Assembly (NCBI GenBank): GCA_963737905.1 | Contig: CAVTUQ010000012.1 | Span: 1 to 64,000, forward strand | Source of the DNA: an uncultured delta proteobacterium | Lineage (GTDB): Bacteria > Desulfobacterota > Binatia > UBA9968 | Reading direction: 5' to 3' | DNA length: 64,000 bases | Part shown: positions 29,712 through 38,771 of the stretch, one piece after another | How the letters are laid out: every line of letters starts with the position of its first letter | How positions within the stretch are numbered: the first letter of the stretch is position 1 | Position numbers and translations under genes: made by a program | The notes under the pieces: generated by a model | The model's input: only the letters and a program-made list of their open reading frames with translations | Database searches by the model: none | What the model was told of the DNA's origin: nothing

Positions 29712-30611
29712 TCAAGTCGGGCGCACGACCAAAACCGGATCATCGGAATGGCGCACGACCGTCTCGGTCACACTACCGAGCATCCAGCGCTGCACGCCGG
29801 TGCGGCCATGCGTGCACATAGCGATCAACGTATCGAGGGTTTCTCGCGCCGTTGCGATAATTTCGTCTGCTTCGAGACCTTGTTTAGCTGCGAATGAGAC
29901 TTTGTTGAGTCCTCTCTGTTTCATCTCTTCGGTCTTAGCTGCGAGATATATCTCGGTTTCGTTACGGAGGCTGACGATGAATGCATCCATACTATGAAAA
30001 CCGTCGGCCGCTCCGGTAGACAATCGACCGCCGTATACGCCCAGCAGCGTCACTTCCAAATCAAGATGTTTCGCCAACGCTTCAACGTGGGGCAAGATGC
30101 GTTCCGACAACTCGGATCCATCGAGTGGAACGATGACTCGCTTCAATGTGGCCATTTCCCAGGCGAGGTTCTTCTCCTTCTTCGCTCGCACCACCAGCGT
30201 TGGATTGGACGCGCCTCGCAAAACCTTTTCCGCCACGCTGCCGAGCAACCAGCGGTCGAGACCGGAACGACCGTGGGTCGCCAGGGCAATCAAGGTTTGT
30301 TTCTCCGCCCCAGCCACTTCGATAATTGCCTCGGCCGCATTTCCCTTCCGCACCGTGCATTGCACTTCACCGACGGGAAAATTTTTCGCGACTCGTTCCA
30401 AATAATCGTCAAATCTTTGGGTCGCGTCGTCGACTATGTTGCGGATCATCGAAGCTTGACTCGGAGGACCATGGCGCGCCATCTCGGCTACGTCAACCAC
30501 TCCCAGCAACTCAACGGGAATTTGCAGGCCGCGGGCGAAACTACGAGCCAAGGGCACCACGTTTTCTGCCGTCTTGGAGCCGTCCAATGGAACGAGAATT
30601 TTCGCGTACAT
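29712..30611 (-). CDS. Universal stress protein, tandem USP domains
   Basis: ILVPLDGS, THGRSG...GSVAEKV, THGRTG...GSVTETV. Confidence 0.93.
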   Translation of the reverse strand: MYAKILVPLDGSKTAENVVPLARSFARGLQIPVELLGVVDVAEMARHGPPSQASMIRNIVDDATQRFDDYLERVAKNFPVGEVQCTVRKGNAAEAIIEVAGAEKQTLIALATHGRSGLDRWLLGSVAEKVLRGASNPTLVVRAKKEKNLAWEMATLKRVIVPLDGSELSERILPHVEALAKHLDLEVTLLGVYGGRLSTGAADGFHSMDAFIVSLRNETEIYLAAKTEEMKQRGLNKVSFAAKQGLEADEIIATARETLDTLIAMCTHGRTGVQRWMLGSVTETVVRHSDDPVLVVRPT

Positions 30612-30666
30612 CGTTTTCTCCTTTAAGTTGCGCCGCTCAGCGGCCGGCTAATCAGCACGGGATCGC

Positions 30667-30897
30667 TCAGGGAGTCAGATCATCAGCGGATTCCGCGTCG
30701 ATCCACGTCTTGGCCATTTCCACTGCGTAGATTTCGGCCTCATCGATGATCTTGAAATAGCCAATGGGGCCGGTGAGCGGTTGATGGCGTTTGGTGCGAC
30801 CCTCCCAAACCACATCAGCGTTAGGAATCCAGGAATCCGTTTCTAGGTGCAACTCAGGTACGCTGTGAATGTTGCGGGATTTATATATTACCTCCAT
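30667..30897 (-). CDS. Small hypothetical protein
   Basis: ORF between sigma54 motif and usp; AVEMAKTWID C-terminal helix. Confidence 0.6.
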   Translation of the reverse strand: MEVIYKSRNIHSVPELHLETDSWIPNADVVWEGRTKRHQPLTGPIGYFKIIDEAEIYAVEMAKTWIDAESADDLTP

Positions 30898-30950
30898 CGC
30901 CTGGTCCCCCGCATAATCCAATATCTTTGCTTCTTTGGCTATATATTACC

Positions 30951-30965
30951 GCAATACCCATGCCA
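30951..30965 (-). promoter_or_regulatory. sigma54 promoter
   Basis: TGGCATGGGTATTGC on minus strand. Confidence 0.7.
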
Positions 30966-31330
30966 TCTCCCTAAAAGTTTTTTCTTGCACAAACCAACTT
31001 GTTCTCGCCGATTGGTTCTTATTTATGCAAAAAACAAATGTGATTGTTCGCGTGCCTGCGAACAAAGAGTCGGGTCGGAAAGCCAGGGAAAGTCGCGTTT
31101 CAGCCGGGACTCTATTTTTATACGGGCAACGCCATGTCCGGATTGCGCGATCGTTTACTGCGTCATCCCAGCGATCAAAAGAAACGTCGATGCACATCGT
31201 TTTCCAGAATTGCGAACCCTTTACTCAGTGTGAGAAAGCAACAAGGTGAGAGTTCTTGAAAGTTTTTCTTTTTCGTTTCGGATTCATCCTCTTCTGTGGC
31301 TTCTATCAGAACACTACTTTGTTTATCCTC

Positions 31331-31345
31331 TGGCACAAGAATTGC
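31331..31345 (+). promoter_or_regulatory. sigma54 promoter
   Basis: TGGCACAAGAATTGC (full consensus). Confidence 0.8.
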
Positions 31346-31373
31346 GCTTTATGACAATCGGGAGGTTAGATCG

Positions 31374-31934
31374 ATGACGCTAGTAATTTACCTGATCGCC
31401 GCAATTGTTGTGCTCGGCGTGTTTTTCCTCCTGCTTTCGTCTGCCGCAACCGTATATCTGAAATTCCGCGGCACGAGGGTGGTTACTTGTCCTGAGACAA
31501 AAGAACCTGCGGCCGTTGAGGTGGATGCAAAGTATGCCGCCTTCACTGTTCCTATTGGTGAGCGAGGTCTTAGGTTGAAGGACTGCAGTCGCTGGCCGGA
31601 GCGCCAAGACTGTGGGCAGCAGTGCCTGGGTCAGATTGTGTCCGCCCCTGAGGATTGCCTCGTTCGGAGGATATTGACGAAGTGGTACGACGGAAGAACC
31701 TGCGTGTTTTGCGGCAAGACGCTTGGTGAGATTGATTGGCTGAACCATAAACCCGCACTTATGAATCCCGAGCGTGTTACCCTGGAGTGGAACGAAATCC
31801 CCGCGGAAAAAGTCCCTGTGGTTCTACAGACTCACATGCCGGTTTGCTGGGACTGTCACATTGCTGAGACGTTTCGTCGCCGTTATCCAGAACTGGTTGT
31901 TGACCGTTCATGGAAACCCGGGAATCACATCTGA
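31374..31934 (+). CDS. Membrane-anchored Cys-rich hypothetical protein
   Basis: GGAGG RBS; N-terminal TM; VTCPET, CSRWPE, CGQQC, CVFC, CWDCH. Confidence 0.8.
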   Translation: MTLVIYLIAAIVVLGVFFLLLSSAATVYLKFRGTRVVTCPETKEPAAVEVDAKYAAFTVPIGERGLRLKDCSRWPERQDCGQQCLGQIVSAPEDCLVRRILTKWYDGRTCVFCGKTLGEIDWLNHKPALMNPERVTLEWNEIPAEKVPVVLQTHMPVCWDCHIAETFRRRYPELVVDRSWKPGNHI

Positions 31935-31985
31935 GCAGCTAAATTAGTCCAGGCCTCAAAAGGGTTTTCTCCGAGGAGGTCGTTC

Positions 31986-33281
31986 ATGAGTAAGGATACT
32001 TTAACTATAAGGGATAATCGGACCGGCAGAAACTACGAGATTCCCATTCAAAACGGGACGATTCGGTCTACAGATCTGCGCCAGATCAAAACCTCTGAAG
32101 AAGATTTTGGCTTGATGGGTTATGACCCGGCGTTTATGAATACGGCGTCCTGTCAAAGTAAGATTACCTTTGTTGATGGAGAAAAAGGAATCTTGCGGTA
32201 TCGAGGTTATCCTATCGAAGAGTTGGCGGATAAGAGTACTTATCTCGAGACTGCCTACCTGATTCTTTACGGGGAGCTTCCCACCGAGGCGGCGCTGAAA
32301 CAGTGGGCGCATAATATTACTTTTCACACCATCCTCCATGAGAACATCAAAAAGTTCATTGACGGCTTCCATTACGATGCTCATCCCATGGGAATGTTGG
32401 TGAGCACCGTTGCTGCCCTGTCAACCTTCTATCCCGAAGCCAGGAGCATCTTTGATCCCGAATCACAGCGGAAGCAGACCTATCGGCTCATTGGCAAGAT
32501 GCCCACTCTGGCAGCCTTTGCTTACCGGCACAGCCGTGGGATGCCCTACGCCTATCCGGACAATGACTTGAGCTACACCGGGAACTTTCTGAATATGCTC
32601 TTTAAGATGACGGAAGTGAAATATAAGCCCGACCCGATCCTCGAGCATGCCCTGGACGTCCTTTTCATTCTCCATGCTGACCATGAGCAGAACTGCGGTA
32701 CCAATGCCATGCGGAGTGTGGGGAGCTCTCACGTGGATTGCTATTCCGCGGTTGCGGCAGCGGCTGCAGCTCTTTACGGCCCTCTGCACGGCGGGGCGAA
32801 CGAGGAGGTGCTCAGAATGCTCAGGGAGATTGGTTCGAAAAATAAGGTTCCCGAATTCATTAAGAAAGTTAAGGCCGGTGAGGGGCTGCTCATGGGTTTT
32901 GGTCACAGGGTGTATAAAAACTATGATCCTAGGGCGAAGATCATCAAACAGGTGGCTGACCGGGTCTTTGAAGTTACGGGAAGGAATCCGTTACTTGATA
33001 TTGCCCTGGAACTTGAGAGGATTGCCCTGGAGGATGACTATTTTATCAAGCGGAAGCTTTACCCGAATGTCGATTTTTATTCCGGCATTATCTACGAGGC
33101 GATGGGATTTCCGGTGGAGATGTTTCCCGTGCTTTTTGCCATCCCGCGTACCTCCGGGTGGATCGCTCAGTGGCAGGAGATGCTTTCCGATCCCGAGCAA
33201 AAGATAGCACGGCCACGGCAGATCTATTTGGGGCCCGAGAAACGAGTCTATGAAGCGATGGAACAGAGGCGTAGCGATTAG
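31986..33281 (+). CDS. gltA: Citrate synthase
   Basis: LHADHEQN, GPLHGGANE, MGFGHRVYKNYDPRA, YPNVDFYSG. Confidence 0.97.
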   Translation: MSKDTLTIRDNRTGRNYEIPIQNGTIRSTDLRQIKTSEEDFGLMGYDPAFMNTASCQSKITFVDGEKGILRYRGYPIEELADKSTYLETAYLILYGELPTEAALKQWAHNITFHTILHENIKKFIDGFHYDAHPMGMLVSTVAALSTFYPEARSIFDPESQRKQTYRLIGKMPTLAAFAYRHSRGMPYAYPDNDLSYTGNFLNMLFKMTEVKYKPDPILEHALDVLFILHADHEQNCGTNAMRSVGSSHVDCYSAVAAAAAALYGPLHGGANEEVLRMLREIGSKNKVPEFIKKVKAGEGLLMGFGHRVYKNYDPRAKIIKQVADRVFEVTGRNPLLDIALELERIALEDDYFIKRKLYPNVDFYSGIIYEAMGFPVEMFPVLFAIPRTSGWIAQWQEMLSDPEQKIARPRQIYLGPEKRVYEAMEQRRSD

Positions 33282-33529
33282 AAAATTTTCGTCAAAAAGG
33301 CGGCAATAATCCCAGCCAGCAGAGGGAAAAGGATGCTAGCAACCATTCGGATGGTGAAGAGTCTAAACCCCAAAATCGAGAACTCGTAAAAGATGATCCC
33401 GCCACCCCAAAGGGCCCATGACGTTATGTATGTTGTGACGGTTTGAACGCTCCCGCCCGCTTGGTAAAGCGATGCTGCGATGGGAAAACTGATGAAGGGG
33501 CCCCCAAAAGTAAGAGTCCCTGCTAAATA

Positions 33530-35003
33530 GTTTTCACTGAAAAAGTCAGAAAGTTGTTGGGTGTAAATATTGGATTGATGTAAAAGAAGTCATGCGCAAA
33601 GCAATATCTGAGCAGATGAGTTTTGGCGATGGCTTCATCGATCCCAGTTTGTACCGGTTGGATGAGGAGCTCAAGAAAGTGGATGAGCTTCTGAGCCAGG
33701 GCGAGGTGCTCAAGCCCTTCGAAGCACTCTTCGATGATAGCCTGGGCCGGCCCGGCACCCCAGCGGGGATTTACCTGCGGATGATGTATCTCAAGTTTCG
33801 CTGGGGACTGAGCTACGAAGAAGTGGAGACGGAGGTTAAAGAGAGATTGCCTTGGCGCTATTTCTGCCATCTGTCTTTGATGGATACGGTTCCCGACGCC
33901 ACCACGTTGATCAAGCTCAACCAGAGATTTGGCGAGGAGCGGATTGTCAATCTGAACAAGCAGTTGGTCGGCCATTTGGTCAAGCACCGAGCGATCAAAC
34001 CGCGCCGGATTCGCATCGACTCGACGACTCTGGAAGCCCATATCGCTTACCCCACCGACATCAGCATCCTCCATCAAGCAGTGCGCACCCTTACCCGCAC
34101 GGCGAGTTCGTTGGGTCAGAAGATTGTCAGTCATGTGAGAGCCACCAAGAAAGCCTTGGCCCGCTGGGGAGCCAGTTCCAAGGCCAAGCCTAAACAGCGC
34201 AAAGCCCAAGGCAAAAAGATTCTCAAGAAAGTAGCCCAACTGGCCACCGACACGCTGGCCCAGAGCCGTCAAGCTTTCGAGCATCTGTCGACAACGGCGC
34301 CAACCCAGCTCAAGCAGAAGTTTAGCGAAACGATCGAGCTGACCGAAAAGCTGGTTGGGCAAACCCAGGACAAACTGGCGGGAAAGCGTACGATCCCCGA
34401 GCGCATCGTTTCGTTCTTTGATCCTGAGGCCCGGGCCATCGTCAAGGGCAAACTCGACAAGCCGGTGGAGTTTGGTCGCACCCTGCAGTTGCTCCAGGAC
34501 GACTCGGGAGTGATCGTTCACTACGAGATTGAGAGGGGCAATCCTAGCGACAAGACCAAGCTTATTTCTTTGGTCCGCCAGGCCAAAAAAATTCTCAAAC
34601 AAGCGCCCCGAGAATTGGCCACCGACCGCGGTTATTACAGCGCCGACAATGTGAAAAAGCTTAGTCGGCTGGGAGTCCGTAGGGTTGGCATTCCGAAGAT
34701 TGGTCGGTTGAGTAGAGCTGAGAAAAGACATCAACACGCCAAATGGTTCAAAAAGCTGCAACGGTTTCGCTGCGGCATCGAAGCGGGCATTAGTCTGCTC
34801 AAGCGCCGGTTCTCTCTGGGCCGAGTGCTGGCCAAGGGCTCGCCGGCTACCGCCGTATGGACCGGCTTTGCGATCTTTGCTTTCAATCTGTGGCAACAAA
34901 CCTAACATGTGATGAAAACCCAACTCAATGCCGATGACAACTTTCGAGACTCGTAAACACGGCTAATATCCAAATCTTTTAACCGTACTTTTTCAGCGAG
35001 AAC
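33530..35003 (+). mobile_element. Insertion sequence (IS5/ISNCY-like), 1474 bp
   Basis: TIRs GTTTTCACTGAAAAAGT / GTTCTCGCTGAAAAAGT (15 of 17 match); direct repeats TAAATA at 33524-33529 and 35004-35009. Confidence 0.92.
33592..34905 (+). CDS. DDE transposase (IS5/ISNCY-like)
   Basis: VPDATTL, IDSTT...YPTD, KGK..KPVEFG, ATDRGY, RCGIEAGISLLKR. Confidence 0.93.
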   Translation: MRKAISEQMSFGDGFIDPSLYRLDEELKKVDELLSQGEVLKPFEALFDDSLGRPGTPAGIYLRMMYLKFRWGLSYEEVETEVKERLPWRYFCHLSLMDTVPDATTLIKLNQRFGEERIVNLNKQLVGHLVKHRAIKPRRIRIDSTTLEAHIAYPTDISILHQAVRTLTRTASSLGQKIVSHVRATKKALARWGASSKAKPKQRKAQGKKILKKVAQLATDTLAQSRQAFEHLSTTAPTQLKQKFSETIELTEKLVGQTQDKLAGKRTIPERIVSFFDPEARAIVKGKLDKPVEFGRTLQLLQDDSGVIVHYEIERGNPSDKTKLISLVRQAKKILKQAPRELATDRGYYSADNVKKLSRLGVRRVGIPKIGRLSRAEKRHQHAKWFKKLQRFRCGIEAGISLLKRRFSLGRVLAKGSPATAVWTGFAIFAFNLWQQT

Positions 35004-35907
35004 TAAATAGCCAACTACTACCCCTTTGAGCCCTGACTCTTCTCCGAGCCACTTTCGTACCACATCCTCAGGCATGAGGACGCGAACATAACCTGCTATC
35101 AAGAAGGCACCTACCAGCGTCGGCAGAACAAGCAAGAGCGTCTTACTCGCTTCAGTGATCCCCAATATGTGGCGTTGTTCGCCCTTGAGATAAGCGGCTA
35201 CAGCAAGAGCCAGCGCAATAGCATACACTATGATGTTAAGTGTCCTCATCTTAAAATGGAAGCCTCCTTTAACATTGTTCTTATCACGAACCGCTCCCCC
35301 ATATCGCCCTCATTCGACCTGGTCGCATCCGACTGAAGGATAGAATTGGAGACACTAAAACTATTCTTTCATGGGAGAGGGATTACGTGTCACGCACTTA
35401 ATTATCTAATTCGGGCCAGGCAGATTCCGAAGACGATCTGGTTCTGAACTCATCTATTCACACAAGATCAGGTGTCACGTATCTAATTTATCTATTGCCG
35501 ACGGGCTCAGCGAAGAGCCTAAGAAATTTTAAAGCGCCAGAAGAAATGAAACGACCATCAGAAACGATACGGTCGTCCCTTTTAGCTTCACCATTATCTG
35601 GCAGTCAATTGAACGGACGCGTCAGTGCAATGAGCCGAAACGTGTAGAGCAGGTTAAGACTGTAAAGGGGCGGATACCAGAGTAATTCCATAACTGCGAA
35701 CACGTTTCTAAAATTTACAAACGTTTAACCACTGGTCTGCCTATGTTAGCAAGTCGGCGCCTAGAGCTAGTCAAACTTATTATTTAGAACGCGCTGCCAC
35801 GAAAGGGTGGGGTCGTTAAAATTCCTAACCTTGCGAGAAATTCATGCGTCTGTTTGCAGAAATAAGAAAAAAACCGGCCTTTGGGTCAAAAAGCGTGGTG
35901 TATTTCG

Positions 35908-35922
35908 TGGCATAACCATTGC
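35908..35922 (+). promoter_or_regulatory. sigma54 promoter for cupredoxin-like genes
   Basis: TGGCATAACCATTGC; implies a very short leader to ATG 35940. Confidence 0.6.
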
Positions 35923-35939
35923 TCGCTTGTAAGGATGCC

Positions 35940-36674
35940 ATGAACACAAAAACAATACATCAACTCTGTGTGGGAATCTCTTTCATCGTTTTGTTCTCGT
36001 CTGCCTCAGCGGCTTACGAGGAGATCGCAGTAAACAACGGCGCCACGATTCAGGGCACCGTCAAGTTTGAAGGCAAGCTTCCCAAGCTGCCGCCTTTGCA
36101 GATTACCAAGTCCAAGGAAGTTTGCAGGAATGTGCCCAATGAAACTCTGATCGTCGGAGCGGGACAGGGTATTCGCTATGCCGTTGTGACCTTAGAAGGG
36201 ATCACGAAAGGGGTGGCCGTAGAAAAAGAGGCGGTCCATGAGCTGGATAATTTGGGATGTCGCTTCGTTCCCCACGTATTGGCCTCAAGTGTCGGGCAGT
36301 TCGTGGTGTTCAAAAACTCAGATCCAATCCTACATACGGCGCATGCTCTGTTCACCAGCGGGCAGCCGCAATTCAATGTCGGGCTTTATCCAGGCAAGGT
36401 CAGCCGCAAACCGTTGGTTACTCCCGGTGTGGTCAAGATCATTTGTGAAGTCCACCCCTGGATGAGCGCTTATATTGTCGTCACCGATCATCCCTACTAT
36501 TCGGTGACGGATGTCTATGGAGAATATCTCATCAGTGACATTCCCGCCGGGAGCTATCGGTTGAAAGTGTGGCACGAGACTTTGGGCACCGAAGAAAAAC
36601 AGGTCGAGGTGAAGGCCGGCGGTTCTCAGAATGTGGATTTTGTCTTGAGTCCAAAACCAGGAGTAAAAAAATGA
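35940..36674 (+). CDS. Exported cupredoxin-like/carboxypeptidase-regulatory-like domain protein
   Basis: Signal peptide; NSDPILH...CEVHPWM putative type-1 Cu ligands. Confidence 0.8.
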   Translation: MNTKTIHQLCVGISFIVLFSSASAAYEEIAVNNGATIQGTVKFEGKLPKLPPLQITKSKEVCRNVPNETLIVGAGQGIRYAVVTLEGITKGVAVEKEAVHELDNLGCRFVPHVLASSVGQFVVFKNSDPILHTAHALFTSGQPQFNVGLYPGKVSRKPLVTPGVVKIICEVHPWMSAYIVVTDHPYYSVTDVYGEYLISDIPAGSYRLKVWHETLGTEEKQVEVKAGGSQNVDFVLSPKPGVKK

Positions 36675-37300
36675 CCCTACGACACGTCCGGCTATTTGCG
36701 CTTGTGCCGCTCTTGCTCGCCGCCCAAGTACAGGGCGCCGAGGTAGCGATAAAGAGCGGAATCATCAAAGGAACGATTACCGTGGCGGGAAAGCCGACGT
36801 CGGATGTGGTGGTTTCGTTGGAGGGTATCCCGGCAGAAACCGCCAAAGCCCAAATCTCGGCGGCCAAACCGAAAAAGGCGGTAATAGACCAGAGGGAAAT
36901 GAAATTTATTCCTCACGTTTTGCCCGTGCTGGTCGGTACCACCGTTGAATTTCCAAATCACGATACCGCCTGGCACAACGTCTACTCGAAAGGCGGAGCC
37001 AAAGATTTTGATCTCGGTCTTTACCCACCGGGAAAAACCGGGAGCACTACGTTTGACAAACCCGGAGTGGCCAGAATCCTGTGCAATGCCCATCCTAATA
37101 TGGAGGCTTTCATCGTCGTGAAAGAGCATCCCTTTTTCTCCAGCGCCGACAAAGGAGGCAACTATCGACTGGATGGAGTGCCGCTGGGCAAGTATCGCAT
37201 TCAAGTCTGGCATCCGGAGCTCGGGACCACTGAGACGGGAGTCGAACTGGTTCGTGCGGGAGAGGTGTTCGACGTTAATTTCGATCTGAAAAAGAAATAG
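36671..37300 (+). CDS. Exported cupredoxin-like protein
   Basis: Signal peptide; FPNHDTAWHNVYS...CNAHPNM; ATGA overlap with upstream gene. Confidence 0.8.
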   Translation: MTLRHVRLFALVPLLLAAQVQGAEVAIKSGIIKGTITVAGKPTSDVVVSLEGIPAETAKAQISAAKPKKAVIDQREMKFIPHVLPVLVGTTVEFPNHDTAWHNVYSKGGAKDFDLGLYPPGKTGSTTFDKPGVARILCNAHPNMEAFIVVKEHPFFSSADKGGNYRLDGVPLGKYRIQVWHPELGTTETGVELVRAGEVFDVNFDLKKK

Positions 37301-37343
37301 CAAAGCAAGGTTCGACTGCAGCGAACCAAGAAAGCGCACAAAG

Positions 37344-37712
37344 ATGCGACGAAAAGAAGAGGTGCTTAAGAGTCAAAGCGAATGCGTTACCGCTCGCGTA
37401 ATGGAAACGGAAGATAACGTAATAGCCCTGAAAAACCTCACAGGTAAGCTTACCGGAGCGGAAAAGCGAGTATTGGCTCTGGTTTCTGCAGCCAAAACTA
37501 ATAAAGAGATAGCACTCGCTCTATACATCAGCCCCGCCACCGTCAAGCGCCATCTGGAAAACGTTCTTAGAAAGCTTGCGCTGAAAAACCGCGTCGAAGC
37601 GGCGATCTACGGCCTCATCGCCAATGGATGTCCTAATGGATCAAGTTCCGGTTGTCCTTTGGAGCTGTGGCGAAAAGCCAAACACGATGCCGACGCAAAA
37701 TGGGCCGTTTGA
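37344..37712 (+). CDS. LuxR-family HTH-only regulator
   Basis: LT..EKRVL...TNKEIA..LYISPATVKRHLENVLRKL; C-terminal CP....CP. Confidence 0.85.
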   Translation: MRRKEEVLKSQSECVTARVMETEDNVIALKNLTGKLTGAEKRVLALVSAAKTNKEIALALYISPATVKRHLENVLRKLALKNRVEAAIYGLIANGCPNGSSSGCPLELWRKAKHDADAKWAV

Positions 37713-37745
37713 CCCATAGACGGCTTAACTGCGCAGTGCTATAAA
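37700..37745 (+). promoter_or_regulatory. Possible operator palindrome and sigma70-like promoter for mtrA
   Basis: ATGGG-N8-CCCAT palindrome abutting TAGACG-N17-TATAAA. Confidence 0.35.
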
Positions 37746-37808
37746 CCAGAACAAAACCGGTACTCCCACGTAGAAGCACGTTTCACAGCAGGAGGGCGTG
37801 GAGGAAAC

Positions 37809-38760
37809 ATGAAGCGCTGTGTGGCCCTGTGTTCGTTCTGCGTTTTATCGTTGTTGGTTTCCTTCGAGTCGTCTGGTCCGCGGAATCCGAAGCCACCCAA
37901 GCAAGCTCCCGCAACCTACGTCGGCAATGAAGTTTGCCAAGCTTGCCACGCGCCTGCCTTTGAAAAATTTACCCAGACGATGATGGGGAAAATTTTCTTG
38001 TTCAACCCGCGCAATGAGGCCGAGAAGCGGGCCTGTGAGTCATGCCATGGACCGGGTAGTAACCACGTCGCAGCTGGTGGCGGCAAAGGCGTCGGTGGAC
38101 TTATAACTTTTCGCAAAGACTCTGGAGAGTCCGCCGCAGGTCCAGAACGGCGCTTGTCTTGGATGCCATCAGCGCGGCATTCAGACCTATTGGGAGGCAG
38201 GTCCCCACGCCAGCCGCGGGCTGACTTGCGTTACCTGCCATCAGGTGATGGAGAGGACGACCGACAAGTATCAGCTCGCGAAGGTTGGTGAGAAGACGCC
38301 TTTCTTTAACAAGCGGGCGGAAATCGAAGTTTGCGGTCAATGTCATCTGCAAAGAAAAGCCCAGCTCATGCGCTCCTCGCATATGCCCTTGCGCGAAGGC
38401 AAGCTAACTTGTACCGACTGCCACAATCCGCATGGCACCCCCAATCCTTCCCAGCTCAAACAAACCAGCGTCAATGAAAACTGTTACACCTGCCATACCG
38501 AGCGCCGCGGGCCGTTTTTGTGGGAGCATCCGCCGGCGTTTGAGAACTGTAGCAACTGTCACGAGCCTCACGGAACCATCAATGACCGGCTTCTCAAAGT
38601 CACCGACCCGAGGCTCTGCACCTCGTGCCATAACGCAACGCGTCACCCCGTGACGCCGCGGCCGCCGACCTCGGTCTTTTTCTTTAACCGAAGCTGTACC
38701 AACTGTCACAGTCAAGTCCATGGATCGAATCATCCTTCGGGGAAATTCTTTCAGAGATGA
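37809..38760 (+). CDS. mtrA: Decaheme cytochrome c, MtrA/DmsE/PioA/MtoA family (frameshift near 38135)
   Basis: 10 CxxCH across two frames (CQACH, CESCH, CLGCH, CVTCH, CGQCH, CTDCH, CYTCH, CSNCH, CTSCH, CTNCH); RGPFLWEH, HGSNHPSG. Confidence 0.9.
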
Positions 38761-38771
38761 GGAGGCCGGAC

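Larger units (their letters stand above)
33278..35249 (-). pseudogene. Permease (DUF318/ArsP-like) interrupted by IS
   Basis: Removing the IS and one TAAATA joins ...GVVVGYL to AGTLTFGGPFISFPIAASL...TKIF* in frame. Confidence 0.85.

Noticed and set aside
29449-29715. Small ORFs between hemerythrin and usp
   Set aside because: No RBS, motif or consistent frame supporting a gene
33523-34923. 466-aa minus-strand ORF
   Set aside because: Antisense shadow of the transposase; no motifs
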